Of a stretch of 64,000 bases of DNA, positions 28,148 to 37,492 are shown in pieces. Under the pieces are notes generated by a model. It was not told the origin of the DNA. It made no database searches and was given only the letters and a program-made list of their open reading frames with translations. A program made the position numbers and the translations under genes. The stretch is from assembly GCA_963728475.1 (NCBI GenBank), contig CAVSKL010000003.1, positions 393,573 to 457,572 of the forward strand, written 5' to 3'. Within the stretch, counting starts at the first letter, position 1. Every line of letters starts with the position of its first letter. This DNA comes from Candidatus Eiseniibacteriota bacterium (GTDB lineage Bacteria > Eisenbacteria > RBG-16-71-46 > JABDJR01).

Positions 28148-28920
28148 GCGAGCCTGCCGTGCCCGCGACCCCGCCCGAGATCGAGGTGCGCGGGCTCCGG
28201 AAGCGCTTCGGCGCCCTGGAGGTGCTCCGGGGGGTGGACTTCGAGGTCGCCCCTCACGAGGTGGTGGCGCTGGTGGGGCCGTCGGGCTCGGGCAAGAGCA
28301 CGCTCTTGCGCTGCATGAACCTGCTCGAGATCCCCGACGGCGGCGTCCTGCGCTTCGAGGGGGGCCCGGTGGAGTACGGCACCATGTCCTCGAGGGCGAT
28401 GGCCGCCCACCGCACCCGCATGGGGATGGTGTTCCAGCACTTCAACCTCTTTCCCCACCGCACCGCGCTCCAGAACGTGATCGAGGGGCCGGTGCACGTG
28501 CTGGGGCGGCCGCGCCGCGAGTCCGAGGCCCGCGGGCGCCGGCTCCTGGACGAGGTCGGCCTCGGCGACAAGGTCGACGCCTGGCCGTCGCGGCTCTCCG
28601 GCGGCCAGAAGCAGCGGGTGGCCATTGCGCGGGCCCTGGCCATGGAGCCGGCGGCGCTGCTGCTGGACGAGGTGACCAGCGCCCTCGACGTGGAGATGAT
28701 CTCCGGGGTGAACGACCTCCTGGCCAAGCTCGCCGCCGGCGGGATGACCATGGTGGTGGTCACCCACGACCTCGCCTTCGCCCGCGGGGTGGCGCGGCGG
28801 ATCTGCTTCATGGACGAAGGGCGGCTCCTGGAGACGGGGACGCCGGAGGAGGTGCTGGACCGCCCGCGCCACCGGCGGCTCCGCGACTTCCTGGGCTCGG
28901 TGCTCTCGCTCCGGGGGTGA
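28144..28920 (+). CDS. Polar amino-acid ABC transporter ATP-binding protein
   Basis: Walker A GPSGSGKST, signature LSGGQKQRVAIARAL, Walker B LLLDEVTSALD. GTG start overlaps the upstream gene. Confidence 0.9.
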   Translation: MSEPAVPATPPEIEVRGLRKRFGALEVLRGVDFEVAPHEVVALVGPSGSGKSTLLRCMNLLEIPDGGVLRFEGGPVEYGTMSSRAMAAHRTRMGMVFQHFNLFPHRTALQNVIEGPVHVLGRPRRESEARGRRLLDEVGLGDKVDAWPSRLSGGQKQRVAIARALAMEPAALLLDEVTSALDVEMISGVNDLLAKLAAGGMTMVVVTHDLAFARGVARRICFMDEGRLLETGTPEEVLDRPRHRRLRDFLGSVLSLRG

Positions 28921-28938
28921 CCGGGGTCCGGACGCCGG

Positions 28939-30672
28939 TCAGGATTCCTCCGGTGCCCGGGGTGCCCGGCCCCGGAACGTCCGCGAGGCGAGCATGAGCG
29001 CGATCCCGTAGGCGGCCAGCCCCACGAAGAGCGTCACCGGCCGGCCTCGGGGGAGATCCTCCACCACCAGCTTGATCCCTCCGAGCGCGATCACCGGATA
29101 CACCAGCCACGCCAGCTCCCGGAGCCGGGTCCGCCGGCCCGCGACCACCAGGGCCACCGCGCACCCGGTGAGCACCACGGAACGGATCGCGGCCATCACG
29201 TGGGGCGCGGGCGCGGGGAGGATCGTCCGTCCCAGCCGGACTCCCAGCGCCGCCGCGGCCAGGAGCACCAGCGCTCCCAGGACCAGTCGGGGAAGGAGGC
29301 GCGGCCAGGGAAGGGCGGGAGCGCGCCGGTCCGACGCACAGATCGCCCACGCGATCGCCGCCGCCCCCGCGGCCAGGGCCGCGGACAGGCCGAACGGCGG
29401 CCACGCATTCCTTCCCGAGGCCCCGAACGCGGTCCCCGCGGCGGAGAAGAGACCCCCCTGCGCCGCCGCCGCCGCCAGGTAGACCGCGCCGTGGGCGCGC
29501 AGGGTGTGCCGCCGGAGGAGGGCGGCGGCCAGCGCCGAGATGACTCCGAGCCCGCCCCAGAGCGCGGTGAGGACGGGGCCCCCGGCCACCAGGGCGCAGC
29601 CGGCCAGCGCGAACAGGAGCCCCAGCCACCCGTAGAAGTAGAAGTTCCGGCGGGTCTCCGAACGCCGCTCCACGAACGCGAAGGCGAGAGCGTAGGCGGC
29701 GGCGGCCGCGGCCAGGGCGACCCCTCCCAGGACCCCCGCCCCTTCGCCGCTCGCGCGGACGATCCGCACCGAGCCGCCGAACCCCAGCACCAGCGCGGCC
29801 ACCGCCTGGACTACCTCGAACGGCGCCACCTCCCGGCGGCGGGCCAGGGTGCGGAGCCCGATGCTTCCCAGGTACACCGCGAGCAACGCCACCGCCACGA
29901 GCTCCACCGAGGCGGGGCCCAGATCGGGGTAGGCGCGCCGCGCGGCCGCGGGGCCGGTGAGAAGGAAGACGGCCAGGAGCACCATGAGGTCGGAGGCGAC
30001 CGCGGCCGGCCAGCGCAGGAGCCGCCAGTCGCGCCGGTACGAGACCCAGAGCGTGCCCAGGCCCAGCGCGATGGTGAAGCCGGTGAAGGGGATGAGCGCG
30101 CGGGTGGAAACCGCCAGCGCCCACGCGGCGCCCACCGAGGCCCCGGTGAAGATCCAGGCCGCGCCCCGGAGCCCCCGGCGGTCGGCGATCAGGAGCCCTA
30201 GTCCGGCGACGGCCGCGATCCCCGCCGCCGCCGCCCACGGGCCCAGGAGCCGGAAGCGCGCGGTGGTTTCCCAGAGCAGGGGAAAGGCCACCAGCGCGCC
30301 GGTGAGCGCGAAGAAGGAAGCGCTCAGCCGCCGGGTCGTCGCCGCCGGCCGGGCGGCGAGCCCGATCCAGACCAGGGAGTAGAGGAGTCCGAGCGCCACC
30401 CCCAGCTCCCGGGAGATCAGGCCTTCATCGGTGACCGCCCGGAGCAGGAAGGCGCCGCCCAGGCCGAGCACGGTCCGGCCGGTCACGGTAAGCGCGGAGG
30501 CGAGCCCACCCTCGCCGCCGGCCACCGCCGGAAGGACGCCGGCGGGGTCCGGGGTCCGGACGGAGGCGGGGCGGGCTCCCCGCTCCAGGGCCTCCAACCG
30601 GGCTTCGAGCGCCGCCACCGTCCGGGCAAGGCCGGCGACCGTCGACTCCAGGCGATCGAACTCGTCGTTCAT
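28939..30672 (-). CDS. DUF2339-type multi-pass membrane protein with N-terminal coiled-coil
   Basis: N-terminal MNDEFDRLESTVAGLARTVAALEARLEALE followed by a Pro-rich linker and >12 predicted TM helices. Confidence 0.55.
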   Translation of the reverse strand: MNDEFDRLESTVAGLARTVAALEARLEALERGARPASVRTPDPAGVLPAVAGGEGGLASALTVTGRTVLGLGGAFLLRAVTDEGLISRELGVALGLLYSLVWIGLAARPAATTRRLSASFFALTGALVAFPLLWETTARFRLLGPWAAAAGIAAVAGLGLLIADRRGLRGAAWIFTGASVGAAWALAVSTRALIPFTGFTIALGLGTLWVSYRRDWRLLRWPAAVASDLMVLLAVFLLTGPAAARRAYPDLGPASVELVAVALLAVYLGSIGLRTLARRREVAPFEVVQAVAALVLGFGGSVRIVRASGEGAGVLGGVALAAAAAAYALAFAFVERRSETRRNFYFYGWLGLLFALAGCALVAGGPVLTALWGGLGVISALAAALLRRHTLRAHGAVYLAAAAAQGGLFSAAGTAFGASGRNAWPPFGLSAALAAGAAAIAWAICASDRRAPALPWPRLLPRLVLGALVLLAAAALGVRLGRTILPAPAPHVMAAIRSVVLTGCAVALVVAGRRTRLRELAWLVYPVIALGGIKLVVEDLPRGRPVTLFVGLAAYGIALMLASRTFRGRAPRAPEES

Positions 30673-31100
30673 GGGGAGGGCTCGCGGCGTCCGGCCGCGG
30701 CCGGCCGGCGCCCGGAAAGAGGACCCCCGCACACGGGAAGGCTTCCACCCACCCCGGATTCATAGCAGGTTCCCTTATCGGTAAGCACAAGAAAAATGCA
30801 TGCAAAGCGACAAAGAAGGTGCGTTGTGTCGTGATTTCGGATACTGGATAAACGCCGTGGCGGCAACGGAATATGGCGGCTGTGCATGAACGGATGGATT
30901 CGGTCTTGTTATCCTTGAAGTTGGTTATCGTTTTTGTGTACTTCCCCCATCGCCCCCATCCGGATATTTCATTCTTTTTGTCTGTTGTCCGTCCGCGCGC
31001 GCCCGGACGCGCCGGAGAAGCGGTTCATACCGCGCCCCGCCGGAGCGGGCGTCCGCCGCCTCTTCGATGGGGTCACCACCTCCGGGAAGGGAGGGTTTGC

Positions 31101-31475
31101 GTGAACGACGGCCGCGTCCGGCTCGTGGAGTTCCTCCGCTGGCTGACGGCGCCGGAGAGCCCGCCGCCGGAGTCCCGGGCCGCCTCTCCCGCCCGGGCCA
31201 CTCCCGGGGAGCGATCCTTCCCCGGGTGGCTCCTCGGAAACGACCCGCCCGATCCCGCTCCCAAGGCGGCCGCCGTCCCCCCGCCGGCCGGACCCGGTTT
31301 CTGGGCCTGGCTTCTCCGCCCCGAGCGGCCCGGAACGGCGAGTCCCGGTCCCCGCCCCGGCGGACCCGGTTTCTTCTCCTGGCTCTTTCTTCCCGAGAAC
31401 CCCGACCGGGCGGGGGACCGCCCCCGCCCCGGCGCTTCGGACCCTCAACGACGAGGTGGTCATGAGACCCGATAG
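31101..31475 (+). CDS. Hypothetical Pro-rich protein with three FxxWLxxPE repeats
   Basis: GTG start 5 nt after a GGGAAGGGAGGG RBS. Three repeats: RLVEFLRWLTAPESPP / GFWAWLLRPERPG / GFFSWLFLPENPD. Its 3' end overlaps the cytochrome gene start. The upstream track ORF (from 30873) uses AT-rich codons and is probably non-coding. Confidence 0.35.
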   Translation: MNDGRVRLVEFLRWLTAPESPPPESRAASPARATPGERSFPGWLLGNDPPDPAPKAAAVPPPAGPGFWAWLLRPERPGTASPGPRPGGPGFFSWLFLPENPDRAGDRPRPGASDPQRRGGHETR

Positions 31476-31947
31476 CCCCCTCTTCCACGCCAAGCACGTC
31501 TTCCGCGCGCTCATCCTCTTCCTGCTGGGCGTGGTCGCCCTGATCGTGGTGCGGTCGCTCTTGGTGCCGCCCTCCTGGGGCGCCTACGGCCACTACCGGG
31601 GGGACAGCCCCGCGGAATACAGCGCGCTCCCGGTGAGCTACCAGGGGCCCGCCTCCTGCGCCGCCTGCCACGACGAGGAGTCCAAGGCCCGCGACGCGGG
31701 CGTCCACCACACGGTGAGCTGCGAGGTCTGCCACGCCCCCCTCGCCCGGCACGTGAAGGACGGCGACGTGATCGCGGAGATGCCGGTGGCCAAGACCGAC
31801 GCCCTCTGCCTGCGCTGCCACCTCGAGCTGGATGCGCGGCCCGCCACCTTTCCGCAGGTGCAGCCCAGGAAACACATCGAGGAGCAGGGCGGCACCGACG
31901 GCCCCACCGCCTGCTTCGACTGCCACAACCCCCATTCGCCGCTTTGA
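31462..31947 (+). CDS. Membrane-anchored tetraheme cytochrome c (NapC/NirT/NrfH-like)
   Basis: One N-terminal TM helix (ALILFLLGVVALIVV) and four CxxCH motifs (CAACH, CEVCH, CLRCH, CFDCH) within ~110 aa. GAGG RBS before the ATG. Confidence 0.8.
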   Translation: MRPDSPLFHAKHVFRALILFLLGVVALIVVRSLLVPPSWGAYGHYRGDSPAEYSALPVSYQGPASCAACHDEESKARDAGVHHTVSCEVCHAPLARHVKDGDVIAEMPVAKTDALCLRCHLELDARPATFPQVQPRKHIEEQGGTDGPTACFDCHNPHSPL

Positions 31948-31976
31948 GCGAGGCCACTCCGATGGAGGATCGCACC

Positions 31977-32774
31977 ATGTCCGATGAATGCAACCGGATT
32001 GGAACCGAGGCTCCGGCGGCCCCTCCCTCCCGGCGGGATTTCCTGAGACGGGCGGCGGCGGCCGCGGCCACCATGGCCGCCTACGGGGTGGTGGGACTCA
32101 TTCTCCCCGACGACGCGGCCGGGCTCGAGACCGCCGGCTACGACTGGAACCAGCACACCTGGGTCTACCTCATCGACACCACCAAGTGCATCGGCTGCGG
32201 CTCGTGCGTGCGGGCGTGCCGGGAGGAGAACGACGTTCCCGAGGGCATGTTCCGCACCTGGGTCGAGCGCTACGAGATCCCGGTGAACGGCGAGACGAGG
32301 GTGGACTCGCCCGACGGCGCCGCCGAGGGATTCGGCCCCGACGCCTCCGGCAACGCGGTGCGCAAGGCCTTCTTCGTGCCCAAGATGTGCAACCACTGCC
32401 GCGAGACCCCCTGCATCCAGGTCTGCCCGGTGGGCGCCTCCTATCGCACCCGGGACGGAGTGGTGCTGGTGGACAAGACCCACTGCATCGGCTGCGGCTA
32501 CTGCGTGCAGGCCTGCCCCTACGGGAGCCGGTTCCTGGATCCGCGCACCCGCACCGCCGACAAGTGCACCTGGTGCTACCACCGGATCACCAAGGGGCTG
32601 AAGCCGGCCTGCGTGGAGGTCTGCCCGGTGGGAGCGCGCATGTTCGGCGACCGCCGGAACCCCGACGATCCCATCAACGACATCCTGGCCACCAAGCGCG
32701 TGATGGTCCTGCAGCCCGAGCTCTTGACCAAGCCGCAGTGCTTCTACCTGGGTCTGGACATGGAGGTCCGGTGA
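31977..32774 (+). CDS. Tat-exported 4Fe-4S ferredoxin-type subunit (NrfC/PsrB/HybA family)
   Basis: Twin-arginine signal SRRDFLRRAAAAAATMAAYG. Four Cys clusters (CIGCGSCVRACREEN, CNHCRETPCIQVCPVGA, CIGCGYCVQACPYG, CTWCYHRITKGLKPACVEVCPVGA). Alternative starts at 31944 and 31962. Confidence 0.85.
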   Translation: MSDECNRIGTEAPAAPPSRRDFLRRAAAAAATMAAYGVVGLILPDDAAGLETAGYDWNQHTWVYLIDTTKCIGCGSCVRACREENDVPEGMFRTWVERYEIPVNGETRVDSPDGAAEGFGPDASGNAVRKAFFVPKMCNHCRETPCIQVCPVGASYRTRDGVVLVDKTHCIGCGYCVQACPYGSRFLDPRTRTADKCTWCYHRITKGLKPACVEVCPVGARMFGDRRNPDDPINDILATKRVMVLQPELLTKPQCFYLGLDMEVR

Positions 32775-33961
32775 TGATTCCCGAGCTGACCGGTTATCTC
32801 TTTCCCAACGACATCCACATCCAGTGGAGCCTGATGATCGTGCTCTACCCCTACATCACCGGGCTGGTGGCGGGCGCGTTCTTGGTCTCCTCGCTCTACC
32901 ACGTGTTCGGAAAGAAGGAGTTCGAGCCCCTGGGCCGGTTCGCCCTGGCCACCGCCTTCTGCTTCCTGCTCGTGGCCACCTTTCCCCTCCTCAACCACCT
33001 TGGGCATCCGGAACGGGCGTTCAACGTGGTGGTCACCCCCAACTTCTCCTCGGCCATGGCCGGGTTCGGAATCCTCTACACCAGCTACTTCCTGCTGCTG
33101 CTGCTGGAAATCTGGTTCGTGTTCCGGGGGGACATTGTGGCGCGGGCGGTGGAGGGGCGCGGTCTCAAGCGGGCGTTCTACTCGGTGCTCGCCCTCGGGG
33201 TCTACGACGTTTCGCCCAAGGCTCGGGACCTGGACCGCCGGATCATCCGGGTGCTGGCCGCGGTGGGGATCCCCGCCGCCTGCCTGCTCCACGGCTACGT
33301 GGGCTTCATCTTCGGCGCGCTCAAGGCCAACCCCTGGTGGTCCACCCCGCTCATGCCGGTGATCTTCCTGTTCTCGGCCATGGTCTCGGGGATCGCGCTC
33401 CTTATCGTGCTCTACCAGGTGGCGATGAGGCTCAAGGGCTGGCCCATCGACCAGGCCGCGATCTCGGCCCTGGCTCGGTGGCTATGGCTCTTCCTCATCA
33501 TGACCGTGACCCTGGAACTCCTCGAGATCATGACCCTGAGCTACATGAAGGCGGAATCGTGGGAGGTGATCAGCCACCTTCTCACCCACCAGCTCTCGAT
33601 CTCGTTCATCGCCATCCAGATGGTACTGGGTGGGCTTATCCCGCTGATCCTGCTCATGTTCGTGGTGCTCCTGGACCGCTACATGCATCCGACGATCCGG
33701 AACACGCTCACCTTCATCTCGTCCTCGATCCTCCTGGTCCAGGTGATCTCCATGCGCTGGAACGTGGTGATCGGCGGCCAGATGTTCTCCAAGAGCATGC
33801 GCGGCTTCCGCGAGGCCTACGTGCCCGGCCTTTTCGACAAGGAGGGGATCGCGGCGGCGGTGGTCATCCTCATCCTGCCCTTCATCCTGCTCCTGGTGTT
33901 CGAACGGGTGCTGCCGACTTTTTCGCACCTCAACCCGCCGGCCGGAGCCCCGGAAGCCTGA
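32774..33961 (+). CDS. NrfD/PsrC-family integral membrane quinone-interacting subunit
   Basis: ~395 aa, 8-10 TM helices, the N-terminal MIPELTGYLFPNDIHIQWSLMIVLYPYITGLVAG is typical of NrfD/PsrC. ATG overlaps the upstream stop (TGATG). Confidence 0.85.
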   Translation: MIPELTGYLFPNDIHIQWSLMIVLYPYITGLVAGAFLVSSLYHVFGKKEFEPLGRFALATAFCFLLVATFPLLNHLGHPERAFNVVVTPNFSSAMAGFGILYTSYFLLLLLEIWFVFRGDIVARAVEGRGLKRAFYSVLALGVYDVSPKARDLDRRIIRVLAAVGIPAACLLHGYVGFIFGALKANPWWSTPLMPVIFLFSAMVSGIALLIVLYQVAMRLKGWPIDQAAISALARWLWLFLIMTVTLELLEIMTLSYMKAESWEVISHLLTHQLSISFIAIQMVLGGLIPLILLMFVVLLDRYMHPTIRNTLTFISSSILLVQVISMRWNVVIGGQMFSKSMRGFREAYVPGLFDKEGIAAAVVILILPFILLLVFERVLPTFSHLNPPAGAPEA

Positions 33962-34058
33962 GCTCCCGGCAGCCCGTCGAACAGCCGGTCCCGGCCGCGC
34001 CGGCCGGCTCTTGCGAGCAGATCCAGCGACGAGGAGGAGGCGATGCCCCCGCACATCG

Positions 34059-35450
34059 CTAGCGCGCGGCCCCCGTCGGGGGGCCGCCCACCCGTCCCCC
34101 CCGGGCCCGGAAGTAGGCCCGGGTCTCCCGGGCCACCAACCCGCTCAGGAGAAGGAGCCCGATCAGGTTCGGAAGCGCCATGAGCCCGTTCATGACGTCG
34201 GAGAGCGTCCACACGAACTCCAGGCTTCGCACCGTGCCCACGAAGGCCGCGATCACGAAGAGCACCCGGTAGGGAACCACCGTCCATGATCCCAGCAGGT
34301 ACTCGATGCTCTTCTCGCCGTAGTAGCTCCACCCCAGGAGGGTGGAGAAGGCGAAGGTGGCGAGCCCCACCGCCACCAGCCAGCCTCCCCAGCTGCCGGG
34401 AAGCCCGTCCCGGAAGGCGAGCTGGGTGAGGTTCGCTCCGTCCAGCCCCGACCGCCAGGCCCCGGTGGCCACGATGGTGAGCCCGGTGAAGGAGCAGACC
34501 ACGATGGTGTCGATGAAGGTCTGGGTCATGGATACCAGGGCCTGGGTGGCGGGTTCGCTGGTCTGGGCGGCGGCGGCGGCGATGCCCGCCGAGCCCAGGC
34601 CGGACTCGTTGGAGAAGATGCCTCGGGCCACCCCGAACCGGATCGCCCGGGCCACCGCCACCCCCGCGAACCCCCCGGCGGCGGCGGCGGGGGTGAAGGC
34701 GTCGCGCAGGATGAGCGCGATCGCGCCGGGGATCGCCCCGGCATGGAGCGCGAGGGCCACCCCGGAGCCGGCCATGTAGAGCACGATCATGATCGGCACG
34801 AAGAAGCCGGTGAAGCGGCCGATGGACTTGATCCCGCCCAGGATCACCGCCCCGGCGGCCAGCGCGATCACCACCCCGGTGAGCCACATGGGGATGTGGA
34901 AGGAGTGCTCGAGAGCGGAGGCCACCGAGTTCGACTGCACCATGTTGCCGATCCCGAACGCGGCCACCGCCGCGAAGAGCGCGAACAGGATGCCGAGGGC
35001 CTTGCCCAGCGGCCCGCGGATCCCCTGGGTGAGGTAGTACATGGGACCGCCCGCCTGCTCGCCCCGCCGGTCCACCGTCCGGAATCTTACGGAGAGGAAT
35101 GCCTCGGAGTACTTGGTGGCCATCCCGACCAGTCCGGTCATCCACATCCAGAACATGGCTCCGGGGCCGCCGGCGGAGATCGCGGTGGCCACCCCCACGA
35201 TGTTCCCGGTCCCGACCGTGGCCGCGAGCGCGGTCATGAGCGCTTGGAAGTGGGAGATGTCCCCCTCGGCGCCCGGCTCCCGGCGCACCACCAATCCCAA
35301 GTAGAGCGCGCCCCAGAGCTTGGAGAACTGCACCCCGCGAAGCCGCAGGGTGAGAAAGAGTCCGGTCAGGAGCAGGAGCGGGATGAGCAGCCACGGTCCC
35401 CAGATGAAGCCCGAGGCCTGGTTGAGGAGTTCGGTGAGCCGGGTGAACAC
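34059..35450 (-). CDS. Alanine/glycine:cation symporter (AGCS family)
   Basis: ...[55 protein letters not shown]... is a conserved AGCS signature. ~460 aa, 11 TM helices. Confidence 0.9.
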   Translation of the reverse strand: MFTRLTELLNQASGFIWGPWLLIPLLLLTGLFLTLRLRGVQFSKLWGALYLGLVVRREPGAEGDISHFQALMTALAATVGTGNIVGVATAISAGGPGAMFWMWMTGLVGMATKYSEAFLSVRFRTVDRRGEQAGGPMYYLTQGIRGPLGKALGILFALFAAVAAFGIGNMVQSNSVASALEHSFHIPMWLTGVVIALAAGAVILGGIKSIGRFTGFFVPIMIVLYMAGSGVALALHAGAIPGAIALILRDAFTPAAAAGGFAGVAVARAIRFGVARGIFSNESGLGSAGIAAAAAQTSEPATQALVSMTQTFIDTIVVCSFTGLTIVATGAWRSGLDGANLTQLAFRDGLPGSWGGWLVAVGLATFAFSTLLGWSYYGEKSIEYLLGSWTVVPYRVLFVIAAFVGTVRSLEFVWTLSDVMNGLMALPNLIGLLLLSGLVARETRAYFRARGGRVGGPPTGAAR

Positions 35451-35623
35451 GCGCGCGCCCTCCTTGCGGTGACGGTCGACCCTCGGCGTCCGCGGTGGGG
35501 CGCCCCGATCGGGGGATATCCTAATATCGGCCGAGTAAAATGGCTAACCCGGAGCGAGAGCGGAATCGGAAGGGGGAGACGGCCTCTCGGAGGGGGGAGG
35601 AGCATGCGCCCGCGTGGACCGGC

Positions 35624-35670
35624 GCCTTTGAAGGTGCTAGTCTAACAAACTACTCATAGGCAAATATAAT
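35624..35670 (+). promoter_or_regulatory. AT-rich promoter-like region with a perfect TATAAT hexamer (~35665-35670) upstream of kaiC
   Basis: Read in sequence (ctactcataggcaaatataatcttatcc). Local AT-richness stands out against ~70 % GC. Confidence 0.25.
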
Positions 35671-35680
35671 CTTATCCGGG

Positions 35681-37177
35681 GTGCGCCAAAAGATTGGGGG
35701 AACCGTGAAACGAACACAGGGGAACTCCACTTCGGTGCCCGTCGCGGTCCAGCCCATCGTGAAGATCCCGACCGGCATCCGGGGGCTCGACGCCATTCTT
35801 GACGGAGGGCTCCCCCGTGGACGGATGACCGTGCTGGCCGGGGGACCGGGAAGCGGCAAGACCGTACTTGCCCTGGAGTTCCTCTATCGCGGGGCCCTGG
35901 CCGGGGAGCCGGGGATCTTCATCACCTTCGAGGAAGCGGCCGAGGATCTCCGTGCCAACGCCGCCGCGATGGGCATGGACGTGGCGCCCCTCGAAGCTTC
36001 CGGAATGCTCCGGATCATGCATGCCAAGGTCCCCCACCAGGCGATCCATGCCGGTGAGTTCGACCTCCAGGGCCTGCTGGCGATCCTGGACGGACAATTC
36101 CGGTCCGTGGAGTCCGGGCGGATCGTCCTGGATGCCGTCGACGTTCTCATGCGGATCTTCGGCGATCCGAGGCGGGAACGGGTGGAACTGCATGTTCTGA
36201 ACGACTGGCTGCGCGCACGCGGAGCGACCTCGGTGGTGACCGCCAAGGCCGGGCGGGAGGGAAGGCAGATCTATCCCTTTCTCGACTTCATGTCCGACTG
36301 CGTTCTCCTCATCGATCAGCGCATGGAAGGGCAGGTCCGGACGCGCCGGTTGAGCGTGATGAAATACCGGGGATCGGGCTTCCTCGAGAACGAGCACCCG
36401 TTCGCCATCTCCCCCCGGGGGGTGGTCCTGCTGCCGGTCGCCTCGACGGCGCTCTCCGATCGAAGGATCGACCGGCGCATCTCGAGCGGCCACGAGCAGC
36501 TGGACGTGCTCCTCGGGGGAGGGTATCTCCAGGGATCCTGCATTCTGCTGGCGGGTCCGAGCGGCGCCGGAAAGACGACTCTCGCCTGCACCTTTGTCGA
36601 GCGCGCTTGCCGGAGGGGTGAGCGGGTCCTTTATCTGTGCCTGGACGAGGCCCATCAATCGCTCCTGGTGGAAATGAAGAACGAGGGAATCGATCTGGAG
36701 CCGGCGGCCCACGCCGGAACGATCGCGTTCCAGGACATCATGCCCGAGACGGACGGCGTGGAGCAGCATCTGCTGAAGATTCTCGATGCGATCGAGGAAT
36801 TCGAACCGCACCACGTCATCGTCGATTCCATCTCGGCGGTCCAGCGGATGGGTACCCGGTCGGCGGCCTTCGACTTTCTGCTTCGCCTTCTCGCCGAATC
36901 CAAGCGGCGGGGGATCACCTGCTTCTTCACCAATCAGATTCTGGACCTGGAGCGGGTCACCGGGGACGGCGGAGAGGGGGTTTCTTCCCTGGTGGACACC
37001 ATGGTGGGCCTCCAGTACGAGGACGACGGCCGGAGGTTGCGGCGGCGGCTGCTGGTGATCAAGTCGCGCGGCACCGGCCATTCCATGCTCTATCACCGGT
37101 TTGAAATCACCGGTCACGGCATCGAACTGGCCGACGACGATCGGTCTCGGAAAGGCGAGGAGGACGGTGATCGGTGA
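35681..37177 (+). CDS. kaiC: KaiC-family double RecA-like ATPase/autokinase
   Basis: Two RecA-like domains, with Walker A GGPGSGKT and AGPSGAGKT. The KaiC-typical N-terminus is IPTGIRGLDAILDGGLPRG. Alternative GTG start at ~35705 after a GGGGGA RBS. Confidence 0.85.
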   Translation: MRQKIGGTVKRTQGNSTSVPVAVQPIVKIPTGIRGLDAILDGGLPRGRMTVLAGGPGSGKTVLALEFLYRGALAGEPGIFITFEEAAEDLRANAAAMGMDVAPLEASGMLRIMHAKVPHQAIHAGEFDLQGLLAILDGQFRSVESGRIVLDAVDVLMRIFGDPRRERVELHVLNDWLRARGATSVVTAKAGREGRQIYPFLDFMSDCVLLIDQRMEGQVRTRRLSVMKYRGSGFLENEHPFAISPRGVVLLPVASTALSDRRIDRRISSGHEQLDVLLGGGYLQGSCILLAGPSGAGKTTLACTFVERACRRGERVLYLCLDEAHQSLLVEMKNEGIDLEPAAHAGTIAFQDIMPETDGVEQHLLKILDAIEEFEPHHVIVDSISAVQRMGTRSAAFDFLLRLLAESKRRGITCFFTNQILDLERVTGDGGEGVSSLVDTMVGLQYEDDGRRLRRRLLVIKSRGTGHSMLYHRFEITGHGIELADDDRSRKGEEDGDR

Positions 37178-37491
37178 TCGGTGACCAGGAACCGGCCTCG
37201 CCAGGTCCCGTAAAGGAGAGAGCCGTCGACCGGCTGGTCCTGTTCGTGGCCGGGGACGAGTTCAACAGCCGCCTGGCCAAACGGAACTTGGCGGAGATCT
37301 GCAGCGGAAGGCGGTGCGAGGACTTCGCGGTCGAGATCGTGGACGTCCTTACGGACTCCGCGCTTGCGATCGAACACAACATCCTGGTCACCCCGACCCT
37401 GCTGGTGCTGACCGGGGGCCGGGCGACGATGGTGATCGGAAACCTGAGCGACCGGCAGGAAGTCCGCTCGGCGTTGCGATGGAAAGAGTGA
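37174..37491 (+). CDS. kaiB: KaiB-like thioredoxin-fold protein
   Basis: 105 aa, ...LVLFVAGDEFNSRLAKRNLAEICSG...EIVDVLTDSALAIEHNILVTPTLLVL... GTG start overlaps the kaiC stop (GTGA). Confidence 0.8.
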   Translation: MIGDQEPASPGPVKERAVDRLVLFVAGDEFNSRLAKRNLAEICSGRRCEDFAVEIVDVLTDSALAIEHNILVTPTLLVLTGGRATMVIGNLSDRQEVRSALRWKE

Positions 37492-37492
37492 G

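Noticed and set aside
30873-31100. ATG-initiated extension of the Pro-rich ORF with a TM-like segment (VLLSLKLVIVFVYF)
   Set aside because: Lies in the AT-rich intergenic island and uses codons atypical for the host. An internal GTG with a strong RBS at 31101 is the more plausible start. Kept as an alternative only.
31988-32773. N-terminal 262 aa of track ORF 31988..33961
   Set aside because: Overlaps the ferredoxin-type gene in another frame. The NrfD homology begins at the ATG at 32774.
37160-37186. Microrepeat ggtgatcggtgatcggtgacc at the kaiC/kaiB junction
   Set aside because: It simply encodes the overlapping KaiC C-terminus (GDR*) and KaiB N-terminus (MIGD). Too short to be a mobile repeat.
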